Made by a program: the position numbers and the translations under genes
Shown here: positions 37,301 to 46,900 of the stretch, piece by piece
Layout: each line of letters opens with the position of its first letter
How positions within the stretch are numbered: position 1 is the stretch's first letter
NCBI RefSeq assembly: GCF_001194135.2
Contig: NC_068986.1
Span: 5,544,042-5,608,041 of the forward strand
Direction: 5' to 3'
Source of the DNA: Octopus bimaculoides
Lineage: Eukaryota
DNA: 64,000 bases
Notes under the pieces: generated by a model
Told to the model about the DNA's origin: nothing
Database searches by the model: none
Seen by the model: the letters and a program-made list of their open reading frames with translations, nothing else

Positions 37301-40300
37301 AAACTCCAGAAAGATAAAATGTAAAGTTGACCTTACAGAATTTGAACGAAGAATGCAAAATGAATTGACAATGTTGTCTGTCTTATATCAGAAAACTTGA
37401 CTGTTTTACTTGACTAAAAGTGAAAAACCTTAACAGAATATGATTAAAAATTTTAATTGGTTATAAAATGCTGAAGCTTATCAGTGTGTGTGTATGTGAT
37501 CATTATCATCATTTTTCCATGCTGGGATAGGTTGGGAGGTTCCACAGAAGATGGAAAGCCAGAACAGTGCTCCAAGCTCCAATGTCTACTTTGGCATAGT
37601 TTCTACAGCTGGATGCCCTTCCTACCACCAACCACTTTACAAAGTGTACTAGGTGCTTTTTATTTGGCATTAGTGCTATGAGGTCACCAAGTAACTCACA
37701 AGACCCTCAACTGAACAGAGAATAGTATTGAAGGAGATGGTTTTGTGCCAGGTGATGAGAGATTAAAATAGGATAGAGGGACAGAAACAGGTGTCTAGCT
37801 GGAGAAGAGATACATGGTTACCCAGCTGGAAAAGAGAAGGGGAGGAGAGAGAGAGAGAGAAATAATAGTGGTGGAGATTTATCAGGGTGTACCCTTAATA
37901 TGCAATGAGGGGAATATAAGTAGAACAGAGAGTTGGACAGGATGAATAGGTAGGTAAGTAAATTTAGGAGAGTGTGAAAGGAGAGTGGCAGACAGGGATG
38001 GAGAGGAATGCAGTGAGTGGTGAACAGAGGTAGAGAAGATATTAGGAAGAGGAGTTGTGGGAGGAGTAGATATTAAGAAGATGAGTCGTGGAGGAGAGAT
38101 TTGTCAGAGACAGATTTTGTGCAGAAGGCATAGACATTTATATATATATATACTATTCTTATACAAGAATGTTGTTGACAGTGACTTCAAAGTTTTGCCC
38201 AGCTATGCTACCACAGGCAGAAACCTCGAAGTCAATGTCAGCATTCTTGCATAATAATAAATAAATTTGCACATTACAAAAGTACAGAGTAACCCATCAG
38301 ATTAATGTAAAATTATTTTTATTATAACTGAACTTAAAAACAAACATTTATCTATCTACATATATATATATATATATATATATAAGCCACAGAAATGGTG
38401 ATACATCAATGTCCGCCACTCTTGGATGGTACTGAAGGTGGGTTATCTCACCTGTCCATAACTTTCAGGTGTTTTAACACCTGGAACTTTCAGAGAATTT
38501 TCTCTACCACACCAAATCACAGCCTACCAGTAATTACACAAAGCATATATGTTAAGTGTATGTAATTGATAATATATATACATACACACACACATGCACA
38601 TTTGTAAATGTAAAGCATTATTCTAAAACTATATATTCTAATTTATTTTTCTTGCTGCAGATTCACACACAGCAAATTTTAATCAGCTCAACATGCTCAG
38701 TTCTTTTAGTACAAAGTAATCAATCATGAGATTTAAAATCCAATGAAACCAGGTTTTAAAAACAATACTCTTTTTCTCCTTTCAGTCACAGGACTGTAGC
38801 CAAGCTGAAACATCACCTTGTAGGGTTGATCAAATAAACTAAGCCCAGTACCAAGTTTAAGTCTAGTATTTATTCTCCATTTTTTATTTTGTCAAACTGC
38901 TAAGTTATGGGTGTGTAGATAAACCAATATCAGTTGTCAAGCAGTAAGAGGACAACAGAAACATATATATATAAGTATATGACAGATTTCTATTTAATTT
39001 CCATCTCCCAAATTCACTCACAAAGTACTGGTCAGTCCAGGGCTATTGTAGAAGACATTTGTCCAAGGTGCCACACAATGAGACTGAACCCAAAATGACA
39101 TGGTTGCAGTAAAACTTCTTCAGCATCAAAAACTTAAAATTTGTTGATATCAAAAATAATCGACAAACATCCTCTTCTGGTGGGGATGGCTTGACAGCAT
39201 GTATCATGCTTTTTACTAATTAAACAGACATAGGCACCCTCTTGCCCTAGTGGAACATCCATGATGTGAAGCTGGAAAGAGGGCTACACGAGCAACTTGA
39301 AATGAAATGTTTGTTCAAGGGTACAATGTGGCACCTGGTCCAGGAAATGAACTCGTAACCTCATGATAGTGATCCAAATATTCTATCTATCAGGTCACAT
39401 GCATTCACACAGTTTAACCATAAGGTAGGGCTTACTTAAGATCACAGACCCTCTGAGACTGGTGTAAAAACAAATGTAGTTAATGTTTATCTTGAGTGAC
39501 AGATCAACGACCACAGGAAAAATACGAAAGGAAGATAACAAAGTATTCCGGATGAGTGACGCTTTTAGAGGATTGAGGGAAAGTGGTTAAAGTGAAGCAG
39601 GGGTTATAATGATAAGTGGAGAATAGGCGAATGTGTTTGGGTTGGTATACCAGCTTGCTTCGATGAACAGAGGCGATTGTGATAAGTGGTTGAAAAGCAG
39701 AGTGGATAAACAATACGTCTGTGAGAAAAGGTTGAAGTGAATTGGCGGTTGGAAGCTAATATTTGGAATGTAGTGTTGCTATGTTCTGAATAAGATTGCG
39801 AGCCACTGAATTTGTAGATACCTTGCAATCTAAAATTAAGAGCAAGTAGCAATCAAACGGAACCCGGCACCCGACGAACTGCTTCTTGGTTGAAGTTATT
39901 TCACAGCATTCGTAAAAGGCATATCTTAACTTCGCCCCAAATAATATGGGTCAAACATATTGACCCGAGATCAAAAACGAAAAAAAATTAGTGTAATAGG
40001 TGTAAAACAACTTGCTGTGAACGAATATTTTGATTCGGAATTGAGTGCATTCGAAAAGACAACTAGGAAACAGAGAGAGAAGCCGGGAAATACAGATAAG
40101 ATACTCGATAGTTTTACCATCCGTCAGATGGACGCAATAACATGCGTGCGACGTGACAGGGTATATAGGTCCATGGTTACCGGCACTTATAGGCATGAAA
40201 GAAAAAAGGTTGCATTTAAGCTTATTTAATGATTCAGTGGACACCAGCTAATGTCAGGTACTTAAATAGTAATAACCGAAAAGGATTTCATAAGATCGAT

Positions 40301-40739
40301 CACTCTGCTGGAAATAGCAGTGAATATAGTCCTGAATCATCTATGATGAGAAGTTCGCTTGATCAGAGCTGACTTGATGGCTAAGCAACAATATATTGAT
40401 AAAACTTTTATAAAAAGTCAAGTCATAACAGTAGCGCAGGGTGACACCGCAATATTGTGAAGTAATTAAAAAGTGTAAAGCAAATTTGGTTAAATAAATC
40501 AGTCTCATTTCATATCGTTCCAATTACGTGCAAAAGCAAAATACAGCATCGGTAATCCTGGTATAGTACGTCTTTTAACAGAAACCAAAAAGGATTGAAA
40601 GTAAATTATATTCTGTCTTTCTTTATAAATGAAAGTATTCGTGGTGCTAAAACAAGTAAAACTGTAAACTTTAAAAAGTTTAACCTTTTATCCATAATTA
40701 TTAAAAGAAAAAATGTTTAACTTACTTTTGTTCTGACAT
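1860..40739 (-). CDS. PGD: 6-phosphogluconate dehydrogenase, decarboxylating. Spliced: 40726-40739, 21905-21980, 19328-19507, 17426-17491, 15453-15571, 14163-14229, 12221-12355, 11371-11493, 10860-10923, [one exon not visible], 7989-8122, 5958-6057, 3529-3651, 1860-1979
   Basis: Manual translation gives [37 protein letters not shown]...IDGGNSEY...[16 protein letters not shown]...[19 protein letters not shown]...QKGTGKWT...[13 protein letters not shown]...[10 protein letters not shown]...[12 protein letters not shown]. All introns are GT-AG with compatible phases, and exon sizes 76/180/66/119/135/134/100/123 match the vertebrate PGD sizes I recall. Visible CDS is 1321 nt; a missing exon of ~131 nt would restore the frame (~483 aa). 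Confidence 0.97.
3529..3651 (-). CDS. PGD: PGD exon 13 ([17 protein letters not shown]...LPANLIQ)
   Basis: cag|GAA ... CAG|gttagt; 123 nt. Confidence 0.96.
4088..4300 (+). mobile_element. tRNA-headed SINE, second family; copies at ~30545-30722 (-), 44660-44790 (-), 28060-28180 (-), 58620-58770 (-)
   Basis: AGCTGGCAGAATC..GAGTTCAAATTCC..CATCCTTTCGG..GATAAATTAAGTA. The central part resembles my recollection of the MetaSINE domain (unverified). Confidence 0.65.
5330..5632 (+). mobile_element. RTE-3'UTR family repeat copy
   Basis: ...GAGTGGTTGGCGTTAGGAAGGGCATCCAGCTGTAGAAACTCTGCC...CCATGCTAGTATGGAAAGCGG..(GAT)n. Near-identical to 21393-21656, 28666-28838, 45690-46158 and 60015-60300. Confidence 0.8.
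5958..6057 (-). CDS. PGD: PGD exon 12 ([14 protein letters not shown]...SKCQ)
   Basis: tag|T GTT ... CAG|gtaaga; 100 nt. Confidence 0.96.
7989..8122 (-). CDS. PGD: PGD exon 11 ([17 protein letters not shown]...[10 protein letters not shown])
   Basis: cag|GCA ... CGT AG|gtaaat; 134 nt. Confidence 0.97.
9091..9310 (+). mobile_element. Mariner-type MITE; second copy ~48304-48522
   Basis: TIR GGGGTGCTGAAAAGTT.CTGGCTT / AAGCCAAGAACTTTTCAGTACCCCC; ~215 bp. Confidence 0.75.
9363..10277. other. Assembly gap of 915 N, expected to contain PGD exon 10
   Basis: The EAVFAR...IRK segment is not found elsewhere between 8123 and 10859. Other gaps: 4680-4689, 17858-17940, 23378-23477, 25759-25927, 26586-26980, 28550-28624. 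Confidence 0.8.
10860..10923 (-). CDS. PGD: PGD exon 9 ([22 protein letters not shown])
   Basis: tag|AAA GGC ACT GGA AAA TGG ... ATT G|gtaagc; 64 nt. Confidence 0.96.
11371..11493 (-). CDS. PGD: PGD exon 8 ([18 protein letters not shown]...DAAGQ)
   Basis: aag|GTT ... CAG|gtaaaa; 123 nt; lies within ORF 11335..11730. Confidence 0.96.
12221..12355 (-). CDS. PGD: PGD exon 7 ([29 protein letters not shown]...MAQ; catalytic Lys/Glu region)
   Basis: aag|GTT ... CAG|gtttgt; 135 nt. Confidence 0.97.
12580..12909 (+). mobile_element. RTE LINE 3' end (DEVVRKD codons, 3'UTR and GAT tail)
   Basis: GGACGAAGTGGTGAGAAAGGAT followed by the same 3'UTR as 32037-32690. Confidence 0.75.
13557..13602 (-). ncRNA. 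Minimal hammerhead motif, core intact, one helix I mismatch (GUAUU)
   Basis: GACAC CUGAUGA A GGCUG gaggguauau CAGCC GAA ACGU U GUAUU. Confidence 0.65.
13764..13825 (+). other. tRNA-like Pol III A/B-box module inside the PLE-derived arm (also 15102-15163 +, and reverse copies at ~13715-13758 and ~14505-14570)
   Basis: GGGCATA-TGGCATAGTGG-TTAAGAG...CTACTAA...AAGATTCC-GAGTT(C/T)GATTCC. It resembles tRNA-Arg in layout but lacks a proper acceptor stem, so it is not a tRNA gene. Confidence 0.65.
13917..13963 (+). ncRNA. Degenerate hammerhead motif (core CUGAAUGA, 1-nt insertion)
   Basis: Same scaffold as 19851-19896. Confidence 0.5.
14163..14229 (-). CDS. PGD: PGD exon 6 ([22 protein letters not shown])
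   Basis: tag|G CCA ... TGG|gtaagc; 67 nt. Confidence 0.96.
14376..14421 (-). ncRNA. Degenerate hammerhead motif (core CUGUUGA, weakened helix II)
   Basis: Same scaffold with A6->U and CAGCC->CAACU. Confidence 0.45.
15252..15293 (+). ncRNA. Degenerate hammerhead motif (core CUAAUGA, deletion at the cleavage site)
   Basis: Same scaffold with G5->A and ACGUGUU. Confidence 0.45.
15453..15571 (-). CDS. PGD: PGD exon 5 ([40 protein letters not shown])
   Basis: tag|CGT ... TG|gtgagt; 119 nt. Confidence 0.97.
15940..17110 (-). mobile_element. Old near-full-length mariner remnant
   Basis: Reverse strand contains KWVPWQL (WVPHEL motif) and [11 protein letters not shown] (YSPDLAPS motif); boundaries approximate. 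Confidence 0.65.
17426..17491 (-). CDS. PGD: PGD exon 4 ([22 protein letters not shown])
   Basis: tag|GTG ... ACT|gtaagt; 66 nt. Confidence 0.96.
19328..19507 (-). CDS. PGD: PGD exon 3 (VCAFNRT...DDFIDKL)
   Basis: tag|GTG ... TTA|gtaagt; 180 nt; lies within ORF 19283..19507. Confidence 0.97.
19851..19896 (-). ncRNA. Minimal type I hammerhead ribozyme motif, intact core
   Basis: GACAC-CUGAUGA-A-GGCUG(gagaguauau)CAGCC-GAA-ACGU-U-GUGUU: helix I GACAC/GUGUU, helix II GGCUG/CAGCC, palindromic helix III ACGU. Predicted cleavage between 19856 and 19855. Confidence 0.75.
20120..20162 (+). ncRNA. Hammerhead motif with intact core but 2-nt deletion at the cleavage site
   Basis: GAUAC CUGAUGA A GGCUG..CAGCC GAA ACGU GUU. 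Confidence 0.5.
21393..21656 (+). mobile_element. RTE-3'UTR family repeat copy
   Basis: Same diagnostic core and GAT tail. Confidence 0.8.
21905..21980 (-). CDS. PGD: PGD exon 2 ([25 protein letters not shown])
   Basis: cag|A GCA GAC ATT ... TAT GTG|gtgag; 76 nt; NADP-binding GxAxMG motif. Confidence 0.97.
22232..22676 (-). mobile_element. RTE-3'UTR family copy with an expanded internal 26-bp minisatellite (22399-22676)
   Basis: CATCAT tail on the left; tandem units of the CCTGTCACCAGCACGGGTGCCATTTA type. Confidence 0.75.
23090..23260 (-). mobile_element. Non-LTR reverse transcriptase fragment
   Basis: [22 protein letters not shown] corresponds to the GVxQGDPLxPLLF RT motif. Confidence 0.7.
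23330..24032 (+). repeat. Local duplication; counterparts at 26210-26266, 27300-27450 and 29620-30032
   Basis: Shared non-repeat text such as AATACAGTGAACTGTAAAATGCTAAATG.. and GATACTATT.TTGATAGGTATTTTTCTTCTTTCATGA. Confidence 0.75.
24820..25510 (+). mobile_element. Internally deleted mariner transposase remnant
   Basis: [11 protein letters not shown]...[18 protein letters not shown]...W..CWIKC....GDYFEGD*. Confidence 0.85.
26310..26526 (+). mobile_element. piggyBac-type MITE
   Basis: TTAA|CCCTTTGGCATT ... AATGCTGAAGGA|TTAA; 217 bp. Confidence 0.7.
28666..28838 (+). mobile_element. RTE-3'UTR family repeat copy, 5'-truncated
   Basis: Diagnostic core and GAT tail. Confidence 0.8.
29431..29796 (+). 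mobile_element. tRNA-headed SINE with central (TG)n; other copies or fragments at ~4690-4820, 10490-10680, 17690-17960, 18470-18650, 23620-23800, 38785-39120, 53150-53320, 56060-56260, 60806-61190
   Basis: Recurring head GGTTCAGTCCC..CACCTTGGGCAAGTGTCTTCT and tail CAAGGTGGTGCCCCAGCATGGC..GAAACAAGTAAAAGA. Confidence 0.75.
30227..30382. mobile_element. Small TA-flanked MITE-like inverted repeat
   Basis: 27-bp perfect arms ATACAAGTCAATTAAATTCCAGCATTG at 30227-30253 and 30356-30382. Confidence 0.7.
32037..32690 (-). mobile_element. RTE-clade LINE 3' fragment: decayed ORF end, 3'UTR and (GAT)n tail
   Basis: Reverse strand reads [22 protein letters not shown]...LREKLG...[14 protein letters not shown], followed by the abundant AAGGGCATCCAGC...AACCCATGCCAGCATGGAAA...ATGATGATG tail. 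Confidence 0.8.
34696..34915 (-). mobile_element. piggyBac-type MITE
   Basis: Flanked by TTAA, ends ..AATGCTAAAGGG|TTAA; 220 bp. Confidence 0.7.
35195..35658 (-). mobile_element. Mariner 5' fragment, Hsmar1/SETMAR-like N-terminus
   Basis: ATG at 35490 reads [41 protein letters not shown]; terminus TA-TCAGGTTGAGTAAAAAGTAA. Confidence 0.75.
36418..36637 (+). mobile_element. piggyBac-type MITE; further copies ~20975-21190, 33760-34240 (two), 60380-60590
   Basis: TTAA|CTCTTTAGTATT ... GCTAATGGG|TTAA; 220 bp. Confidence 0.7.
40726..40739 (-). CDS. PGD: PGD coding exon 1 (MSEQK, phase 2)
   Basis: Minus strand gcaaa-ATG TCA GAA CAA AA|gtaagtt; the phase fits the leading A of exon 2. Confidence 0.85.
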
Positions 40740-40928
40740 TTTGCTCGCTAAAGTAATCTCTGAAGAGGACGGTGTTGACTAATTGACTGAAAGAAATTAA
40801 ACAAACCAAGGTTGTGGGCAAAGCTGGTTATCTCCCTTAAATCTTAACAGTGCCATCATACGGCTCTGCGGAACAACTAATTAAGGGGAGATCATTTATT
40901 TAACACATTGACTGACTGACTGTCTGTC
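40740..40928. promoter_or_regulatory. Bidirectional promoter and 5'UTRs shared by PGD and SEC62
   Basis: Divergent ATGs at 40739 (-) and 40929 (+). CpG dinucleotides look visibly more frequent around 39500-43200 than elsewhere (not quantified). TSSs are not determinable from sequence. Confidence 0.8.
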
Positions 40929-40967
40929 ATGGCGGAGAAAAGGAAATCACGACGGAAACAGGACGAG
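40929..40967 (+). CDS. SEC62: SEC62 exon 1 (MAEKRKSRRKQDE)
   Basis: gtcATGGCG ... GAG|gtacga; basic N-terminus like vertebrate MAERRRHKK. Confidence 0.88.
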
Positions 40968-43900
40968 GTACGAATTTCACACGTCTTTATTTCAAAGACT
41001 TCTTTTTTTTAAATAAATATTTGTGTCATAATAATTCCCATGGTATATTTTCTTGTAGCATTATCAATTCCTGAATCGCCAGCTTTGCTACATTCCTCTT
41101 TTTTTTCTGCTCCGTTAAATTTACATATGCTTGAAGTTGTAGTTAACTGTTTCTATTTATTTGAAAGGTGTGAAGATCACCAAATGTTTCACTTCACCAG
41201 TCATCTCCCAAGGATATCATAACCCATATCATATTTTCACACTTTAATAACCTGCTTACCTACTATTTTTGTGTGATATATGATTTATATGTTTCTTCCG
41301 ATGACTTCTCATAATAGTGTATGTTGTGTTTGTTTTTAATTTGCATTCATTTAAAATAACGAAAATAAAAGTCTACCTGTTTACTATTAAATGTTGTTGC
41401 AGTTTAGAGGGGACGTTCGTTATAAGTGTGATGTAGTTCACATGTTTCTAATGAATGAACAGTTACTTTGTTTTGCCATCATTTAGTGCCAACACTCAAT
41501 ATGGTATCGTTCTCATCTTCAGAGATAACAAGTCACACATTATTTAACCATATGAATGAGTAATTAAAGTATCTAAATTTATATTCTGAATCTAGACTAT
41601 TTACGCTCATCTGTATTTCCACCAATGTCTATATAACCTACATTTATATCGGCCTTTCTTTAAAAGTCTCAAGTTTCGGTTAAACCGAAACCACTGTTTG
41701 TGATACTCCTCTGACGTGTAAACCCAGTGTAAAGCAGATCAATATTTCTCCAAGAAAAACACAAAGACGTCTTTCTTTGAGGATTTTTTTCTTCTTTAGC
41801 TTAACGATATTTTTAAGAAATAAGCTGTTTTAAACAAAAAAATCCACGCAATTATAGTTAAGAATTTCGTTATTTTGATAAATTTCCGCAAACAATATTT
41901 TGAACTAAATGAATTGCCATCTTTTTTATAAACTTCTTTTCACGTCCCATCTTCAGTTGCTACTTGATTCCTTCAAAACATTGTTTGTCCTATTCATGCG
42001 AAATATCTTCTCAGAAGCACACTTTAGAATTTTTCTTTGAAACAGCAAAATTAACAGGCGTATGTCGAGAAATAAACGCCAAGTAAATATTGTTTCTTCT
42101 GTAGACAACAGGTTTTCAACGGTCCCTTTTGTTGTCGTGATATTTGTTTTATTACATTTTTAAAAATTTCTTTTCCAAACCTTCATTTCTTTTCAATTTT
42201 TTTTCTTAATTCTGAGTTTTTTTAATTTTTTTATTCAAACGTTTTCGGTTTCGAATTTAAAACGTGTAAATTATTATTAAAAATACAATTGTAAATTATT
42301 GGTAAAAGTTTTTTCTGGTTCCTAATGTGATGACTTGTCATTTTTTTCCATTTACGTTTGTATTAGTAGCGAACATAGTCGCAATTTTCATTAATTATAG
42401 TTTCAGTTAATTATAAGTATTATCATTTTACAAACTCCTATTTTTTAAGTACAAAATCATCTCAATTTAAGCAAACCATTTTAGTCTCTCAAACTAACTC
42501 AATATGTTGAATAGCTTGAAAACATTTTTGTTTTAGTTATTTTTATGATTAACATAATTTTTTTAATTGTTTACCGAGACGTAAATATTCAGCATTAATT
42601 ACTATTACGCATCATGGAACAGCTTGTTCACACCACACACATACAAAAAAAAAAATTAGCATTAAACATCCCATTACAAACACTTTACCGTAACAGCCTG
42701 CACTCTTGTTCGTCCCAAGCTGTTTATGATGCACAAAAGTAAGGAATACAAAGGGGTTGGAGTTTTCCCTCATTGGAAAAGAAAAAGGGTAGTTGTTTCG
42801 GTAAATGTTTACCCTTTCACCCCCACCCCCCACACACACACACTATATAATTTTTTTTATATAGTATTTCGATGTTTCATACAATGGAAATTACTGTTCG
42901 GATAAAATTCTTGCAAACATTTTAATTTTGTATACTTACGTTCCCTCCTCTCTCCATACACACACATACGCTTCCATCCCTTTTCTCTTCCTATGAGGTA
43001 GAGGAATTTGAGAGGCCCCTATTCCGAAACCTTCCGGATTTTGAACTGTATGGTTCATAAATCGCTCAATTTATTTGCTTTAAGTGAAGTTTGGAAAAAC
43101 ATTAAAAAAATTTTTAACCAGCTGTTGATATTTATTTAATATTCGGAGGCGCAGGTGTTACTGGAATTGTTTGAAATATTAAGAATATGTTACCTACCTA
43201 AATTCTCTTTTAATGTGTGTTCCTTGATTTTAGTTGGGTGTCTTAACTGGTTTTATAAAATGCAGAATAGTCTGAAAGCTATTTCTATATTTACAGTTTT
43301 TTCTGTAGCGAGAACCAATCACCATCAACATAATAGTTTCCAAAGACGTCCAGCTCTTAAACTCTTATTTCAATAACTGGTCCACAGATGTACTGTTTCC
43401 TCTCTCTGTGTTTTCTACCATTCTTTCAATAGTCTCGTGCCACTTCCATTTAAGTTCTCTTGGCCTGCTCATCTCTCTCTTCTGCTTATCATTCATATTG
43501 TGTCAACCACCTCTCTCTAGATGACCCTCCCTGCCTATGTTTTTCTGGTGGCTGTTCAAGAGGAATTTGAGCCCAGTTGTTTTCACCATTCTCAGAAGTC
43601 CTGTAAAGGCCACGACAATGCCTCTTTCTCTGGACCAGGAGTTCTCAATCATTTTTTATCTATGGACCCCCTTTGACTACTATTTTATTCTGGTGGACCC
43701 CAATAACCATTTGGTGTTTAAAAACTAGTTTTATAGATACTTTCAAAATTTCTATTTTGTTTTTCACTCATTAACCTTTGTAGGTTGAACTATGTAAAAT
43801 GTTAAAGAAACTGAGCTGTTTCTTGTAATGCATGATAATACATATATCTAAAGCAAAATTTTATCAGGGGCCCTTAAAATACTATTGTGGATCCCCAATT

Positions 43901-46900
43901 AACTATTTTGATATGTGGACCCCAGTTGAAAACCACTGCTCTAGACTAAGCTATAGAAAAAAAAATTACAAGAACAGAGCTACACTAAACATCCTAAACT
44001 CCTCACTAAAATCATTAGCAACCTTGACCTTCTTTATCTTATGTTCATATATAACTTGTACTTTTACAAACTATACCTAAATTTGACACCCCCACCAAAC
44101 TACAGAACTTAAGATTCTATCAAAGCCTTCTCAAGGTCAACAAATGCAAATTGTTTTACATCCATTTCTCTCATATTGACATGGGTTGGATGAGTTTTCT
44201 GAAGCAGCGTTTTACAACCAAATACCTTTTGGTCCCATCTCATGATATGCAGGAGCACAGTGTACTTATTCTAAAACTAGAAGAGTTGTTTATTCTTAGC
44301 TAAGAAATTTCTTCTTAGAAATATGACATTGTCATTCTATATCCAGACAAAACAATATAGTATTTTAATGAACTCTCTTGTGCTTATTTCACTATAACTT
44401 TCCCTATCACTTTCAAGATTTGGTCTATCAGCTGCAGCTCTGATCCCCATTGTTACCATAGCAGTGATAAAGATAATGCTCTGACAATAACACCTTCAGC
44501 CTGACCTGATTAACTGAGTAAAGAATGAGAATAGTTTTTACATAGCTTGACATTTTCGACATCTCTTTAACTATTCCTGATAATAATTGTGTATCTTTAT
44601 CTGTTTTATTTAGCTCTTCAGTTCGCCCTCATTTGCACCTTGCTCCCTCTACTTAAATATATTGGTTTCGAATTTTGGCACAAAGCCAGCAATTTGGTGG
44701 GAGGGGATATGTCAATTACATCAACCCTAATGTTCAACTGGTGCTCATTTTATTGACCCCAGAAAGATGAAAAGCAAAGTCTGCCATCAGTTGTAATGAA
44801 AAATTAACCTTGCAACAGGAATTGCTTCTTTAAATTAATGAATTAAATCTGAATGCTTGGATTCATAAAATACAATTAAAAAAAATTATTTTAGAATGTT
44901 AGGAATGAAAGTACATACTACAATGTGTAAGCCATTACATTTTGTAATTAAAGATAAAAACATCTTCATAAAAAGCAGTAAAATCAAGGACCTGATTTTG
45001 AAAAGTATATGAAATTCAAATTCTTTCTCTGAAACCTAGACAGTCTGACAACACTGACTGTCTCACGTTGGTCTACTGACAAACTGTTTTCACTGCCTTT
45101 GTTATGTTGCAATTGAACTGCTTTCCCATCTAATTATCTACTTATGTCTGGTCAGCAGTGTAAACAAAATAAAATGAACTACTCATTAATTCGTTTGATT
45201 TTCTTTAGATGTTTTGTACAAACATTAGATTAGCTAATGAAATGATTATACCAAAACAAAACAAAATTTATATTTGCTCTGTATTCACTTTCTCATTCTC
45301 TCTTATTCTTAGAAAAATAGCTATTTGTTGGAATAACGGAAATGGTAGTGTTGGTTTAAATTCCTTGCAGTATTTAATTCCATTCCCCTACATTCCAGTT
45401 TTGAATTGTACCTGAGTTAACTAATTTCTCTTGGGTCTTTAAGTGTCAGTCACATGACCCTACATCAATATGAGAAACCCTTATTGAAAGTAATAGTTTT
45501 AGCGAAATTAAGAAATGTGTTATTGTTAAATGAAACTTCATAAATTAACAGTTCTTTTTAAGTTTCCGAGTAGTGAAGCTTTTTTCAAAGAAATATAACC
45601 TTCACACCTGATACATGTGTTTAAGTAACTCAATAAGTGTATAATGATGATGTGAAGAGTCATTATTTCAAGTCTTTCATTGAACCATATTCGATGACTG
45701 GCACTTGCACCAGTGGAGCACTAACAGCACTGTCCGAGTGTGTTCATTGCCAGAGCAGATGTCTGGCTTCCGTGCTAGTGGCCCATAAATAGCACCATTT
45801 GAGCGTAATCGTTACCAGCGTTGCCTTCTAGCACTTGTGCTGGTGGCACTTTAGAAAATCATTCGAGCGAGGTCGTTGCCAGTGCCGCTGGACCGGCTCC
45901 CGTGCAGGTGGCATGTAAAAAACACCATTTTGAGCGTGGCCGTTGCCAGTACCGTGTGACTGGCCCTCGTGCCAGTGGCACGTAAAAGCACCCACTACAC
46001 TCTCGGAGTGGTTGGCGTTAGGAAGGGCATCCAGCTGTAGAAACTCTGCCAGATCAGATTGGAGCCTGGAGCAACCGTCTGGCTTGCCAGTCCTCAGTCA
46101 AATCGTCCAACCCATGCTAGCATGGAAAGCGGACATTAAACGATTATGATGATGATGCTGAATAACATATGCTGAAATATCTTCATAGATATTTCCAAAG
46201 CTCTCTTGCTCTGTATAAGGTCTGTCCTACATTGAATCAACTGAGAGCTGATTTTGTTCTCATGTTTGTGTATTTTACAAGTGGACATTACTTTTGACAT
46301 ATTACTGCTTTCTCAACTTACTGTAGGTCTCAGTCTCTGTTAAATCAGTGCATATATAGGTTGTCATTTTACATGCCATGGAGATTTTCTCATTGCCTGT
46401 CCTTCATTCTTCTGCAGCATCACATTTCAGGCACCTGCATCTTGTTGTCTCTAATATGACAACAATTTTTTTTAAACTCTTTTGATACCAACAGGCTTGA
46501 GTCAGTTCCTAATTCTATACTACAAACTTGATGTTTTGAAATGATCAGTATTAAAACTTTCCATCAAAATTTCATGTTAATTTATGTTTCAAGCACCAGC
46601 CTAAAAATAACTTGATTATTTTGATAAATTAATTATTTTTTACAATTAACTGATAATCACAAAAAGGTTAACTATTTTCAATTATTGGATGCTCTGCTGA
46701 TTCTACTTTCAATAAGAATTAGGTCCTCCAGTGTTCACAAAATCTGCAACTACCTTTTAACCCAGTTGCTCATTCAAACATGTTGATTTATGAAATGTTT
46801 TTGTATCATCTTGCAAGAGCTTTCCATTTCCTTTCTCACTACCCAATGGAAATTATCAATTTAGAAGAAAAAGTGAGAATTGCAAATGGACATTTGATGC

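Noticed and set aside
39951-40244. ORFs 39960..40229 (+) and 39951..40244 (-) near the promoter
   Set aside because: Non-ATG or unrecognisable products with no splice support; likely chance ORFs in CpG-richer sequence.
21981-40725. Nested gene in the 18.7-kb PGD intron 1
   Set aside because: No ORF or exon chain with recognisable protein similarity other than transposon remnants.
41673-41691. GTTTCGGTT-A-AACCGAAAC mini-palindrome resembling hammerhead helix II/GAAA
   Set aside because: No CUGANGA core or helix I; too short to be significant.
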